The notes under the pieces: generated by a model | What the model saw: only the letters and a program-made list of their open reading frames with translations | The model's database searches: none | What the model was told of the DNA's origin: nothing | Translations under genes and position numbers: made by a program | Shown here: piece after piece, positions 38,287-47,577 of the stretch | How the letters are laid out: every line of letters begins with the position of its first letter | How positions within the stretch are numbered: the stretch's first letter is position 1 | Source: Candidatus Bathyarchaeota archaeon | Lineage (GTDB): Archaea; Thermoproteota; Bathyarchaeia; Bathyarchaeales; Bathycorpusculaceae | Length of the DNA stretch: 64,000 bases | Assembly: GCA_963833575.1 (NCBI GenBank) | Contig: CAWHXY010000004.1 | Span: 672,001 to 736,000 of the forward strand | Direction of reading: 5' to 3'

Positions 38287-40698
38287 ATGTGGCTTCTTGT
38301 AAGGAAAACAATGAAAAAGTGTAAGCTCATTCTAATTTTCCTAATTTTTATCCTAGTCCAATCATATTGGCTATCAAAAGCTTCTTGTTCCATCAATTCT
38401 AGCACCGACGACTGGACGACGTTCCGCCATGATTCAGACCATAGTGGATGCCTAAATAGTAACAGTTCAATGGACTCCGCCAAACTATTGTGGACGTATG
38501 CTACAGGCAGAATGGTACAATCTTCGCCTGCAGTAGCTAACGGCTGCGTTTTTGGAGGTTGCAGGGATGGCCAAGTTTACTGCCTTAACGCCTCCAGCGG
38601 AGGAAGTATATGGAAATTTCAAATTGGAAGTGAAGTATGGTCGTCACCAACAATCTATAATGGGTGTATCTACATAGGCGTAGACGATGGCTGGATTTGC
38701 ACTCTAAACGTTACCACAGGAATGCCTATTTGGGCATCAAAAATAGGGGGCGCAGTGCGTTCTTCTCCTGTAATTGCTAATGGTAACGTCTACATAGGTT
38801 CAGGTGATCATGGAGTGTTCTGTCTTAATGCGTCCGACGGAACAACAATATGGGGTTGTCTTAATTCTTACCGAGTGCAATCGTCGCCTGCTGTCTCAAA
38901 TGGCGTAGTTTTCGTCACTGCTGACAACTATTGTACTTATGCTCTTAATGCAACTACTGGAAATGAAATATGGAGCTGCCACACTGGAAGCACTATCTCT
39001 TCGCCTAGCGTTTACAACGGTTATGTCTACCTAGGTGCATCATACGACGGTAATGTTTTTTGTTTAAATGCCTCTACTGGCGCTCAGATATGGAAATATC
39101 AAACGGATGGCGTTGTAACCTCTTCTCCCGCCGTTGGTTATGGATGCGTTTACATAGGATCTGATGACAATTACGTTTATTGTCTAAATGCTTCCAACGG
39201 CCAGAAAATATGGCGGAGCCCAACTAGTTACTCGGTTACTTCTTCACCCGCAGTTGCATACGGCAACGTGTACGTGGGTTCTAAAGATTACAATATTTAT
39301 TGTTTCAACGCCTTTACAGGATCAAAGGAATGGAGTTATCCTACTGGAAATTTTGTGGAATCTTCGCCAGCTGTTTCGAACGATACCCTCTATGTTGGTT
39401 CCGATGACAAAAATGTTTACGCTTTTTCGTTATACAATGCGACCGCTGAATCCTTGCCTTTGCAATCTAAAAACAATCTTGCGTGGACCACGATTGCTTT
39501 TGATGCAATTGCAGGTACTTTGGCGGCCATTTTTGTTTTTTCAATAGCCCGCTTTGTTCGCTCGAATAAACGAACCAAACCAAACGCACAACCAACGAAC
39601 ATTTCTAGCCAGAATGTCTCTTGGTTTTCAGCACACACCGATTTAGTTTGTATTTTAGCAATCTTAGCTTTTTCAACTATTTTCTTCATCAACTTGGGAA
39701 AAGGAGTTCTTTGGGTTGCCGACGAACAAACATATTCTCAATGGGCGTTCCACATGGTTAAAAATGGAGACTACCTTACTCCTTGGGCTTTTGGTGATGT
39801 AACATTATACATAGCTAAGCCACCACTCAATATGTGGCTAATGTCTCTCGCTTACCAAGTTTTCGGCGTAAGCAATTTTTCAACAAGAATTTGGAGTCCC
39901 ATATTTGGGTCTTTATCTCTGGTTCTAGTCTTCTACTTAGGAAAAAAACTATACAACCGATATGTAGGGTTTTTGTCGGCGTTAGTTTTAGGCACATTTA
40001 CAACCTTTTGCTCTTTTGCAAGACATGCTATGACCGACGTTCCTTTCGTCTTTTTCATAGTTGCCAGCTTATACTTTTTTATTCTGAGCGAGAAAAAAGA
40101 AAAAACCAGAAAATATGCGGCTCTAAGCGGCTTATTCTTTGGTTTGGCGTTAATGACAAAGCAAACCGAGGCCTTACTAATTCCATTAATCATTTTCATT
40201 TATCTCATCGCTACAAAGAGAAACATAAAGTTTCTTTTCACAAAACAGCTTAGTTATCTCTTAGGTGTTGGACTTCTGCTTTTTTCTCCTTGGTTAATCT
40301 TTATGAGCGTCCGTTTTGGATCAGATTTTTGGCAGAACTATTTTGTGTACAGCACCGTGACGCGTACAATTAGTCCTATTGAAGGTCATGCCGGGAGCTA
40401 CCTTTTCTATTTTAGCTACTTAGCCAATAATGAAATGTGGTGGGCGATTTTGCTACCTTTTGCGGTTGGGCTTTGTGTATTCAATTCGCTTATTAGGCGT
40501 TTAAAGGAGGATACCTTGATTCTTACTTGGATGCTTATTGTACTTGCAATTTTTACCTTCGCCCAAACAAAACTTTTCTGGTATATCCTGCCTGCGTTTC
40601 CAGCGTTCGCCATTGCCATCGCAAATTTACTATATCAACTATCAAAGACAATATTCCAACGCTACCCAAACCTAAACCATAAAAGGCGCTTGAAGTAG
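38287..40698 (+). CDS. PQQ-type beta-propeller fused to an ArnT/PMT-like (GT-C) membrane glycosyltransferase
   Basis: Signal peptide, 8 SSP repeats, then a multi-TM domain with ADE..Y, KPPL and WYILPAFP. Confidence 0.85.
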   Translation: MWLLVRKTMKKCKLILIFLIFILVQSYWLSKASCSINSSTDDWTTFRHDSDHSGCLNSNSSMDSAKLLWTYATGRMVQSSPAVANGCVFGGCRDGQVYCLNASSGGSIWKFQIGSEVWSSPTIYNGCIYIGVDDGWICTLNVTTGMPIWASKIGGAVRSSPVIANGNVYIGSGDHGVFCLNASDGTTIWGCLNSYRVQSSPAVSNGVVFVTADNYCTYALNATTGNEIWSCHTGSTISSPSVYNGYVYLGASYDGNVFCLNASTGAQIWKYQTDGVVTSSPAVGYGCVYIGSDDNYVYCLNASNGQKIWRSPTSYSVTSSPAVAYGNVYVGSKDYNIYCFNAFTGSKEWSYPTGNFVESSPAVSNDTLYVGSDDKNVYAFSLYNATAESLPLQSKNNLAWTTIAFDAIAGTLAAIFVFSIARFVRSNKRTKPNAQPTNISSQNVSWFSAHTDLVCILAILAFSTIFFINLGKGVLWVADEQTYSQWAFHMVKNGDYLTPWAFGDVTLYIAKPPLNMWLMSLAYQVFGVSNFSTRIWSPIFGSLSLVLVFYLGKKLYNRYVGFLSALVLGTFTTFCSFARHAMTDVPFVFFIVASLYFFILSEKKEKTRKYAALSGLFFGLALMTKQTEALLIPLIIFIYLIATKRNIKFLFTKQLSYLLGVGLLLFSPWLIFMSVRFGSDFWQNYFVYSTVTRTISPIEGHAGSYLFYFSYLANNEMWWAILLPFAVGLCVFNSLIRRLKEDTLILTWMLIVLAIFTFAQTKLFWYILPAFPAFAIAIANLLYQLSKTIFQRYPNLNHKRRLK
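38470..39430 (+). repeat. Eight ~120-bp coding repeats (propeller blades)
   Basis: SSP codons at 38521, 38641, 38761, 38881, 38998, 39121, 39241 and 39361. Confidence 0.85.
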
Positions 40699-40717
40699 CC
40701 TGAGCCTTAAATACAAT

Positions 40718-40796
40718 TGGCACGTCTACTGGGATTTGACCCCAGAACCTCCGGCTCCGCAGGCTGGTGTCATAATCCATACTAGACGACCGACAC
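40718..40796 (-). pseudogene. Degenerate tRNA-Arg(GCG)
   Basis: GTGTCGG TC GTCTAGTATGGATTATGAC A CCAGC CTGCGGA GCCGG AGGTT CTGGG GTCAAAT CCCAG TAGACGT GCCA; mismatches in the acceptor and anticodon stems and G at position 54. Confidence 0.85.
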
Positions 40797-40873
40797 AAAA
40801 CTTCAACCCGTTTGAAGGAGGCGAGGGCTTTATAGCTGCTTTTAAAATATCTGTGCTACCCAATAGATAGCGT

Positions 40874-41437
40874 ATGTTAGAGTACTTGGTATTGGTTGCC
40901 GCCGCTGCGTCGTTGCTTGCCGTCTGTATTTATATACGTTCCATGTTTGAGGGTCAAACCAAACCCAACAGGATTACCTGGTTTATGTGGTCAGTTGCTC
41001 CTTCTATAGCGACCGCCGCTGCCCTGTCCAAAGGCGTAGGTTGGGCAGTCATACCAGTATTCATGTCCGGATTTTGTCCTTTTCTGGTGTTTACTTCTTC
41101 ATTTTTCAACAAAAAAGCATACTGGAAACTGTCATCCTTTGACTATCTCTGCGGAGCACTATCCGGTTTAGCCCTTGTTCTTTGGTTTACAACTAATGAT
41201 GCGAATTTAGCGATCATCTTTGCGATTGTTAGCGATGCATTCGCCGCAGTGCCAACTCTAACGAAGGCATGGCATAACCCAGAGACTGAATCTGCTTGGC
41301 CCTTCATTATTGGCGTATTTAGTCCATTGACAAGTTTTTTGGCAGCGACAACTTGGGCATTTTCTGAGTTGGCTTTCCCAACCTATCTCATAGCGATTAA
41401 TATTCTGCTTGTTTTTTCAATGTCAAGAAAAAGATAA
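40874..41437 (+). CDS. Hypothetical multi-pass membrane protein
   Basis: About 6 hydrophobic helices; P.RITWFMW and PT..KAW..P.TE motifs are loosely PQ-loop-like. Confidence 0.8.
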   Translation: MLEYLVLVAAAASLLAVCIYIRSMFEGQTKPNRITWFMWSVAPSIATAAALSKGVGWAVIPVFMSGFCPFLVFTSSFFNKKAYWKLSSFDYLCGALSGLALVLWFTTNDANLAIIFAIVSDAFAAVPTLTKAWHNPETESAWPFIIGVFSPLTSFLAATTWAFSELAFPTYLIAINILLVFSMSRKR

Positions 41438-41482
41438 CAACATAAATTTCCTTGCTGTGGTGATAAAACCGTAGAAGATAAG

Positions 41483-41560
41483 TGGCGGGCCCGCTGGGAT
41501 TTGAACCCAGGATTCCCGGCTCCGCAGGCCGATGCCTTGTCCGTACTAGACTACGAGCCC
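41483..41560 (-). tRNA. tRNA-Arg(GCG), CCA encoded, no intron
   Basis: GGGCTCG/CGGGCCC acceptor stem, TCGGC-CTGCGGA-GCCGG anticodon arm, CTGGG-TTCAAAT-CCCAG T arm. Confidence 0.96.
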
Positions 41561-41654
41561 TAAAGATTTACCCAGAAAGAAAAAGGGCAGAAGAGTAAAT
41601 ACTTTGCTTAAACTTAAAAATAGTGGTTGAGAATAGAGATGAAAAGCTTGTCCG

Positions 41655-43259
41655 CTAACTTTTGTTTATAGACCTTTTTAGAGCGGCAATGACGTTTTGT
41701 TTCCCCATTGCAAGTACATATGGACCTAAACGTGGACCTTGTGGTGCACCCATCAGAATCCGGTACAGAGTTTTGAAAAAGCCGCTGGGTTGTATATTGT
41801 TGCTTTTTGCAGCGTTGAAAATGGCGTTTTGGATTTGGTCAGGTTCGTTTTCAGTTTCCAATTTGATAATGAGTTCAGTTATTGCTTTTTTCTCGACATC
41901 TATCAAGGGTACTTCTGTTTCTTTGATTTCCTCAAAGTCTCTAGTCCAATTCGAGGCATATTCGATGCGCTGCTTCAAGTTAATGTCTAAGGCTTGATTT
42001 TTTTGCAGGTACCCGTAGCTCTGGAGTTTTTCTATTATATAGTCCTCTTGGCAATCTTTTGGAGCCATTTTAACCAGAAATGCCATCAAATTATAAGGCA
42101 CATGAGCATTGGGCTTCGCTGGTGGCTTCATAACGTAGCAGTACTCAAACAAACCCCTGAGTTTGGTGGCTTCTTTCTCGCCTGCCTGTTTCTTGCCAAA
42201 ATAAAGGTCCTCAAGATAATCCAGTTCATTCATGTAAGCTGGAATATCTGATACATCTAGGCTTCTCGTGCCAACAAACCGTTTGAGCATCAACAAAAGA
42301 AGCGATTGTGGAGAACCATACTGGAACCACACCTGCGGAGTGAAAACGTTGCCTGCGGACTTGGAAATTTTCTTTCCTCCTTTATCAAGAAACATCTCGT
42401 ATTTTGCGTGGGATGGAGGCTCGAAACATAGAACTTCCCGGCATATTCGGTCGTTGATTTTTACTGAGTCAGCAATGTCTTTTCCGTAAGCTTCAAATCG
42501 GATGTCAAGCGCTTTCCAGCGGGCGGCGAATTCACCTTTCCAAGTTAATTTTCCTTCACCTTTTTTGATGTCTGCTTGGCCTTCATGTCCACATCCTTGT
42601 ATCAGTTTGCCGCGGATTTCTAGCCCTTCACATTTATAGTGAACTTTATCGGTTTTTGGGTCAAACGAGTAAGCGCGTGTGGTGTAAATGCGTCCGCAAT
42701 TTTCGCAAACTGCAAAATAGGGCAAAACTTCAGTGTAAGTGTCTTGTCCAACTTCTTCTTTTACTATTTGGCCGACTTGTTTGGCGTTAGTGAGAATAGT
42801 TCTAACTTCGTTTAGTATGATTCCTTTTTCGTAGACTTCTTTGGCGGAATAATAACGGTATTCTATGCCGCATTTATCTAAAGACTCAAGTAAAAGTGAG
42901 CTCATGTGTTTGCCGTAGCTTTCATGGCAACCGAACGGGTCAGGAATACTAGAAACTGGAAATCCAAGGTATTTTTCTAAGCCCTCGTTTGAAAGACCTA
43001 CAGGGACTTTGCGTAAGCCATCTTTGTCATCACAGTAGGCAATTAGTTCCGAGTTGATTTTTTGATCGCGGAGGGCAAGGGTAACTGTGTATGAGCGCGC
43101 AGCATCGCCGAGGCTGCCGATATGTGGGAATCCTGAGGCGCCAAGACCCATTTCGGTTCTGATTTTATCTGTGGTTCTACCAAGTGATTGTTCTCTTTCA
43201 ATGACTTTTTTGGCCATCATGTCGTACCATGTGCCGCGTCCGATCGTTTCTTCACTCAT
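41655..43259 (-). CDS. lysS: Class I lysyl-tRNA synthetase
   Basis: SGFPHIGS (HIGH), GKLTWK, GKD, KISKS (KMSKS), GPRLG. Confidence 0.95.
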   Translation of the reverse strand: MSEETIGRGTWYDMMAKKVIEREQSLGRTTDKIRTEMGLGASGFPHIGSLGDAARSYTVTLALRDQKINSELIAYCDDKDGLRKVPVGLSNEGLEKYLGFPVSSIPDPFGCHESYGKHMSSLLLESLDKCGIEYRYYSAKEVYEKGIILNEVRTILTNAKQVGQIVKEEVGQDTYTEVLPYFAVCENCGRIYTTRAYSFDPKTDKVHYKCEGLEIRGKLIQGCGHEGQADIKKGEGKLTWKGEFAARWKALDIRFEAYGKDIADSVKINDRICREVLCFEPPSHAKYEMFLDKGGKKISKSAGNVFTPQVWFQYGSPQSLLLLMLKRFVGTRSLDVSDIPAYMNELDYLEDLYFGKKQAGEKEATKLRGLFEYCYVMKPPAKPNAHVPYNLMAFLVKMAPKDCQEDYIIEKLQSYGYLQKNQALDINLKQRIEYASNWTRDFEEIKETEVPLIDVEKKAITELIIKLETENEPDQIQNAIFNAAKSNNIQPSGFFKTLYRILMGAPQGPRLGPYVLAMGKQNVIAALKRSINKS

Positions 43260-43324
43260 AGCTTTGAGCCTTCAGCCAATTGACTATACATTGGAATAGA
43301 AAAATGTTTAGAGCCAAAAAAAGC

Positions 43325-43669
43325 TCATGGTTTCTTTCTTAGGGCTGAAACGATGGCTATGATGCCAAGAGCAAGCAACAATAAGGCTAACGAGTAAATC
43401 CAGCTGTAGCCAAACAAGAACCATGCAGCACCTAAAGCCATGAGAAGCACCCCCATTTGAACGGTGCTGTATGGCGAGCGTTCGTTCTTATTAGGACCCG
43501 AAGCTCTGATGCCTGCAAGAACTATCATCCACACTCCGAACAGCACAATGATTAACTGTAGAATGTTCCACCAGTTATGAGTTACATTGGCTGGATAGAG
43601 CAGTATTGCTGCTACAATAATGATAAAGAAGACGCCAATAGTTAGCAGTTGTCGTCTACTTTCAGACAT
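43325..43669 (-). CDS. 4-TM membrane protein, LiaI/LiaF-TM-like
   Basis: Two TM hairpins of the form G-hydrophobic...W..hydrophobic-G (WWNILQLIIVLFGVW; WIYSLALLLLALGI). Confidence 0.7.
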   Translation of the reverse strand: MSESRRQLLTIGVFFIIIVAAILLYPANVTHNWWNILQLIIVLFGVWMIVLAGIRASGPNKNERSPYSTVQMGVLLMALGAAWFLFGYSWIYSLALLLLALGIIAIVSALRKKP

Positions 43670-43681
43670 TATTATGTCAAC

Positions 43682-44668
43682 CTACGATATAGTTGCACCG
43701 CATTCAGGGCAGAACTTGGAACCGGCGGGGATTGAGTGTCCGCATTTGGGGCAGTTAATCGTTGCTTGTGAGGGAGGTGTTAGATTGGTTCCGCATTCAG
43801 GGCAGAACTTTGATGTGGCTGGAACGTGCGCGCCGCATTTGGGGCATATTACCAGGGCTGCTGTTGGGGCTTGTGCCTGAACTTGACCAGCTGAATTCAT
43901 AATTTGAGGTATGAGTACCATGCCTGTGCCTAAGCCTGCTCCGCCGCCACCGCCGCCCTGACCTAGAGATGCTGCTGCACTCTTCACCGTTTCCATGCGC
44001 AAGACTGTATCCGCGGGGGTGCTTCCGGTTTTAAGCCAAAATAGCCGTTCACGATACTCAGGCGTGGTGTCGATTCCTTCGAAACGTAAGTCTGTCAACT
44101 CGATACCTAATCGTTTGAAGTAGTCTAAGACTGAGTTTTTAACAATAATAGATGTCTCTTGGAGCCTAGTAAAGACAGTCACCAAGTCATAGTGGGAAAG
44201 TTCCGAAATTATTTTCTCATTCAGGAAACCACGTAGGAAATTGTTAACGTCTTCAGTCGTGTAAGCGTTTTGTCCACCGACGACTTCGTTCACGAACAGC
44301 GAAGCATCTTCGATTTTAAATAAGAATTGCCCAAACACTTTAAGTGGAGCCAACTCGGTGGTTTGTGCACTTGTTCCCCATTTTCCGTTGAAAACTTTAG
44401 TGGCTATGTATAGTACCATCGTTTTAAACGGTTTATTGCTGCCGAACCCTGCTATGCGAGTAAGCAAACTTGTGAGTAAAGGCAGATTCAATGTTGTCAA
44501 TGTGTGTCTGCCGGGACCAAAAACATCGTAGGCTTTGCCGTCCCTGAAGAAAACGGCCATTTCATACTCGTGCACGACGAGTTGGGCGCCCCATGTGATA
44601 TCTTCGTTTGGGTATTTGTAAATTATCGCGTCTGGACCCGCATTTACCCATTCTATTACTTGTGGCAT
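43682..44668 (-). CDS. SPFH/Band-7 domain protein with C-terminal double zinc ribbons (YdjI-like)
   Basis: QLVVHEYEMAVFFRDGK.YDVFGPGRHTL.T.NLP, KWGT; Gly-rich linker; CPKCG...KFCPECG twice. Confidence 0.9.
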   Translation of the reverse strand: MPQVIEWVNAGPDAIIYKYPNEDITWGAQLVVHEYEMAVFFRDGKAYDVFGPGRHTLTTLNLPLLTSLLTRIAGFGSNKPFKTMVLYIATKVFNGKWGTSAQTTELAPLKVFGQFLFKIEDASLFVNEVVGGQNAYTTEDVNNFLRGFLNEKIISELSHYDLVTVFTRLQETSIIVKNSVLDYFKRLGIELTDLRFEGIDTTPEYRERLFWLKTGSTPADTVLRMETVKSAAASLGQGGGGGGAGLGTGMVLIPQIMNSAGQVQAQAPTAALVICPKCGAHVPATSKFCPECGTNLTPPSQATINCPKCGHSIPAGSKFCPECGATIS

Positions 44669-44669
44669 C

Positions 44670-45206
44670 TTAACTCACTCCCATGATAACTTCATTACGT
44701 TGATCAAATGTGTTTTCTAAACTTTCAAGCTTGTCCGTTACATTCTGAACTCTAGTCTTCAAATTTGCAGTTGCTCCGCTGGCTAAATCTGCTTTAAAAG
44801 CGTCAATTTCCGTAGTCAAGGCGTTGATGCCGTCTAAAAGCTTGTTATCGAAAGCAATCATGTTGTCAAGATTTTCCTCTCTGACCTTGACAGCGTCAAA
44901 GAACCCGCTGTACCCATAAGAGGCATGATTAATTTTTTCAACGACACGGTCTATCTTGGCTAACAGGCGATCCATATCTGTCAGAAGATCGAAGTAGCGG
45001 CGGTCAGCTAGCTTCTGCTCAATTTCCCGTAGATCTGTTTTTTCAATTGAAAGCTTGAGATATAGGTGATTCCTGATTAGTCTGTCGCTTTCGCGACGTA
45101 TTTCCTTTTCTTTGTAGCCGCGGAAACCTGGAATGAACGCGGCTATGCGCTCAGAAAGGCGCATTTGACCTTGAACGTTTGGAGTTACATCGTTTTTATC
45201 GCTCAT
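44670..45206 (-). CDS. Conserved-looking alpha-helical/coiled-coil hypothetical protein
   Basis: ERIAAFIPGFRGYKEKEIRRESDRLIR and ASYGYSGFFDAVKV motifs; stop codon 1 nt from the SPFH start. Confidence 0.85.
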   Translation of the reverse strand: MSDKNDVTPNVQGQMRLSERIAAFIPGFRGYKEKEIRRESDRLIRNHLYLKLSIEKTDLREIEQKLADRRYFDLLTDMDRLLAKIDRVVEKINHASYGYSGFFDAVKVREENLDNMIAFDNKLLDGINALTTEIDAFKADLASGATANLKTRVQNVTDKLESLENTFDQRNEVIMGVS

Positions 45207-45282
45207 TTTATCCTATCCGCCTATTTTTATTATCCGTTGATAATAAGAAGTCGCTTTTAAAGTTTGTTCAGGTAAATGAAGC

Positions 45283-46029
45283 TTAGAATCTTGTAGACGG
45301 TATGTCGCCTTTTAAGGCTGTTCCAGCAGTTCCTTCAATTATCAACTGGTATACTTTACCTTTGTATTCGTATTTTATAAACCAAATGGGCGCATGCAAA
45401 TAGACAATCTGCTTTTGGATTACTTCCGTTTTTATCTCGACTATTTTATCCACATCTTGCTGAAGGAGAAACCTATGATGATCTTCAATTTGTTGCTTAG
45501 CCATTTCTAAGGCAGCATCTCGATCGATTTCACTGTTTAAAAGTTTGGCAAACCCTTCAATTTTGCGAAAATCGAATGGAATTTTTCCTTCTAGTGGAAC
45601 GTCGTATTCATGTGTAGGGAACTCTGATGCTTCCCGTGCCAAAACTATCCAGTCATATTCCTTCGAGATTGTGCCCTCTTTAACTAGGGCAGGTGATATG
45701 CGTTCGAATATGCCCTTGTAAGTACTTTTAGCTTCAACGGAAACCACCCAAAACGGCAAATAAACCAATTCTTTTGAATTAACTTTTGACTTTTTAGCAA
45801 GGTCACCTGGTTTTAGAAAACCGCCACTCATCCAGCCATGAATTTGCTTATCGATGCTTGTTAAATCAAATGCGTTCAGGATTAGTGAGTGCTCAAATGT
45901 GAATGCTTGCCCAGTTTCGATTACGGTTGTGAAACCGCAGTATTTGCAGGTGGCAATAAGTTCTCCGGGTTTAAACTCTACTGGAGCGCCGCAATGGCTA
46001 CAACGGATTTCTTGGGCAACCGTGGTCAT
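45283..46029 (-). CDS. Zn-ribbon protein (YdjG-like)
   Basis: CSHCGA...CKYCG N-terminus; VYLPFW and LHAPIWFIKYEYKGK.Y motifs. Confidence 0.8.
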   Translation of the reverse strand: MTTVAQEIRCSHCGAPVEFKPGELIATCKYCGFTTVIETGQAFTFEHSLILNAFDLTSIDKQIHGWMSGGFLKPGDLAKKSKVNSKELVYLPFWVVSVEAKSTYKGIFERISPALVKEGTISKEYDWIVLAREASEFPTHEYDVPLEGKIPFDFRKIEGFAKLLNSEIDRDAALEMAKQQIEDHHRFLLQQDVDKIVEIKTEVIQKQIVYLHAPIWFIKYEYKGKVYQLIIEGTAGTALKGDIPSTRF

Positions 46030-46032
46030 AGT

Positions 46033-47415
46033 TTACTGCACCAAACGTTCACGCTTCAAAATTTCTCGAGCAACGATTACACCCGAAGCTGACGCTTGAA
46101 TCAAACCACGTGTAACACCTGCGCCGTCACCGATGGTGAACATGTTTTGGATTTTTGTCTCTAACGAGTTGGTTAGCTGCAAGTGTGAAGAATAAAATTT
46201 GACTTCAATACCATAAAGCAGGGTATCTCTTGAGTGGACTCCTGGCGCTATCACGTCTAAAGCTTGAAGCATTTCACGGATGTCAGCTAAATAGCGATAG
46301 GGCAAAACGAAACTTAAGTCGCCAGGCGTAGCATTCTTTAGAGTTGGTACAACTACGCTTCTTGCTATACGTTCAGGTGTTGAACGTCGTCCAGAAACCA
46401 AATCCCCTAATCTCTGAACCATTACTCCTCCACTTAAAAGGTTTGAAAGTCTGGCGACGTACTTACCGTAAGCAATAGGCTCTTTGAAAGGCTCTGTAAA
46501 GGAGGTGCTGACTAAAATGGCGAAGTTTGTGTTATCGGTTTTTGTTTCAGCATGACTTCCACCGTTAACTGTTAAAACTCCATCATAAGATTCCGTCGTG
46601 ACTTCCCCATAGGGCGACACACAGAAAGTACGAACTTGATCATCGAACAGACGTGAGAAATAGACAAGTTTTGGTTCATAAAGAACTTTCGTTAGGTTCT
46701 CCATCACTGAAGCTAAAACTTCAACCCTTACACCAATGTCAACCGGGTTGTTTATGGTTTTTAGTCCGCGAACTTGAGCTTCTGTTTGAAGCCATTCTGC
46801 TCCACTTCTGCCAGGTGCAATAATTACATATTTCCCCAGAAATTTTTCGCCGTTAACAGTCTCAATGCCTTGAACGGTATGATTTTCGGTGATAAGCCCT
46901 TTGACATCAGTTTTAGGCATAAATGTGATTTTGCCATTGAGTTCTTTGCGCATTCTTTGGAGAGTTTCTAGGCATTTGTCTGTACCCATATGGCGAACTT
47001 CTTGTTTGATTAGTTTTAAACCAGCAAGTGAAGCTTGACGTTCTATTTCATCTACTTGTTCGTTTTCTCCACCGTAAACCTTGTCGCTAGCCCCGAATTT
47101 GATATAGATGCCATCCACATATTTTACTAGGGCTTGGAGTTCTTTGGTTGAAACGTACTGGTTTAGCCAACCGCCAACTTCAGTTGAAAGGGTTAGTTTT
47201 CCGTCACTGTAAGCGCCTGCTCCACCCCAGCCTGAAAGAACCGAGCATGGTTCACAATGAACGCATTCGAATCCTCTGCTTGATGGGCATTTGCGTTTAT
47301 CAATATCTGGTCCTCTGTCTACAATGAGGACATTGAGGTTTGTTTTTTCTGTTAATTCTAACGCTGAGAAGATGCCTGCTGGACCTGCACCCACGATTAT
47401 GACGTCGTATTTCAT
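46033..47415 (-). CDS. FAD-dependent oxidoreductase (COG2509-type)
   Basis: YDVIIVGAGPAG, Cys cluster C..ECVHCEPC, GWGGAGAYSDGKL, RTFC, EVKFYS, GDGAGVTRG. Confidence 0.9.
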   Translation of the reverse strand: MKYDVIIVGAGPAGIFSALELTEKTNLNVLIVDRGPDIDKRKCPSSRGFECVHCEPCSVLSGWGGAGAYSDGKLTLSTEVGGWLNQYVSTKELQALVKYVDGIYIKFGASDKVYGGENEQVDEIERQASLAGLKLIKQEVRHMGTDKCLETLQRMRKELNGKITFMPKTDVKGLITENHTVQGIETVNGEKFLGKYVIIAPGRSGAEWLQTEAQVRGLKTINNPVDIGVRVEVLASVMENLTKVLYEPKLVYFSRLFDDQVRTFCVSPYGEVTTESYDGVLTVNGGSHAETKTDNTNFAILVSTSFTEPFKEPIAYGKYVARLSNLLSGGVMVQRLGDLVSGRRSTPERIARSVVVPTLKNATPGDLSFVLPYRYLADIREMLQALDVIAPGVHSRDTLLYGIEVKFYSSHLQLTNSLETKIQNMFTIGDGAGVTRGLIQASASGVIVAREILKRERLVQ

Positions 47416-47514
47416 AGGTACTGCCTTCTTTGGAACCCAGAGTTAGATGCATCAGGTAACATATATTTGTTGGTGCAGGGAAGAAAATTCTGGTTTTCAG
47501 CATTAGCATATGTA

Positions 47515-47536
47515 TTCTTAGGATATATCTAAAGAA
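47515..47536. promoter_or_regulatory. Imperfect palindrome, candidate PadR operator
   Basis: TTCTT-AG-GATATATC-TA-AAGAA directly upstream of TTTATAAT (about 47539-46). Confidence 0.5.
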
Positions 47537-47577
47537 CATTTATAATCGTAAATTTGTAGATAGGAACGAAGAAGAGC

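Noticed and set aside
38140-41560. Intact integrative element at tRNA-Arg
   Set aside because: No integrase, replication or transfer gene, and the two tRNA copies are too divergent to be a recent att pair.
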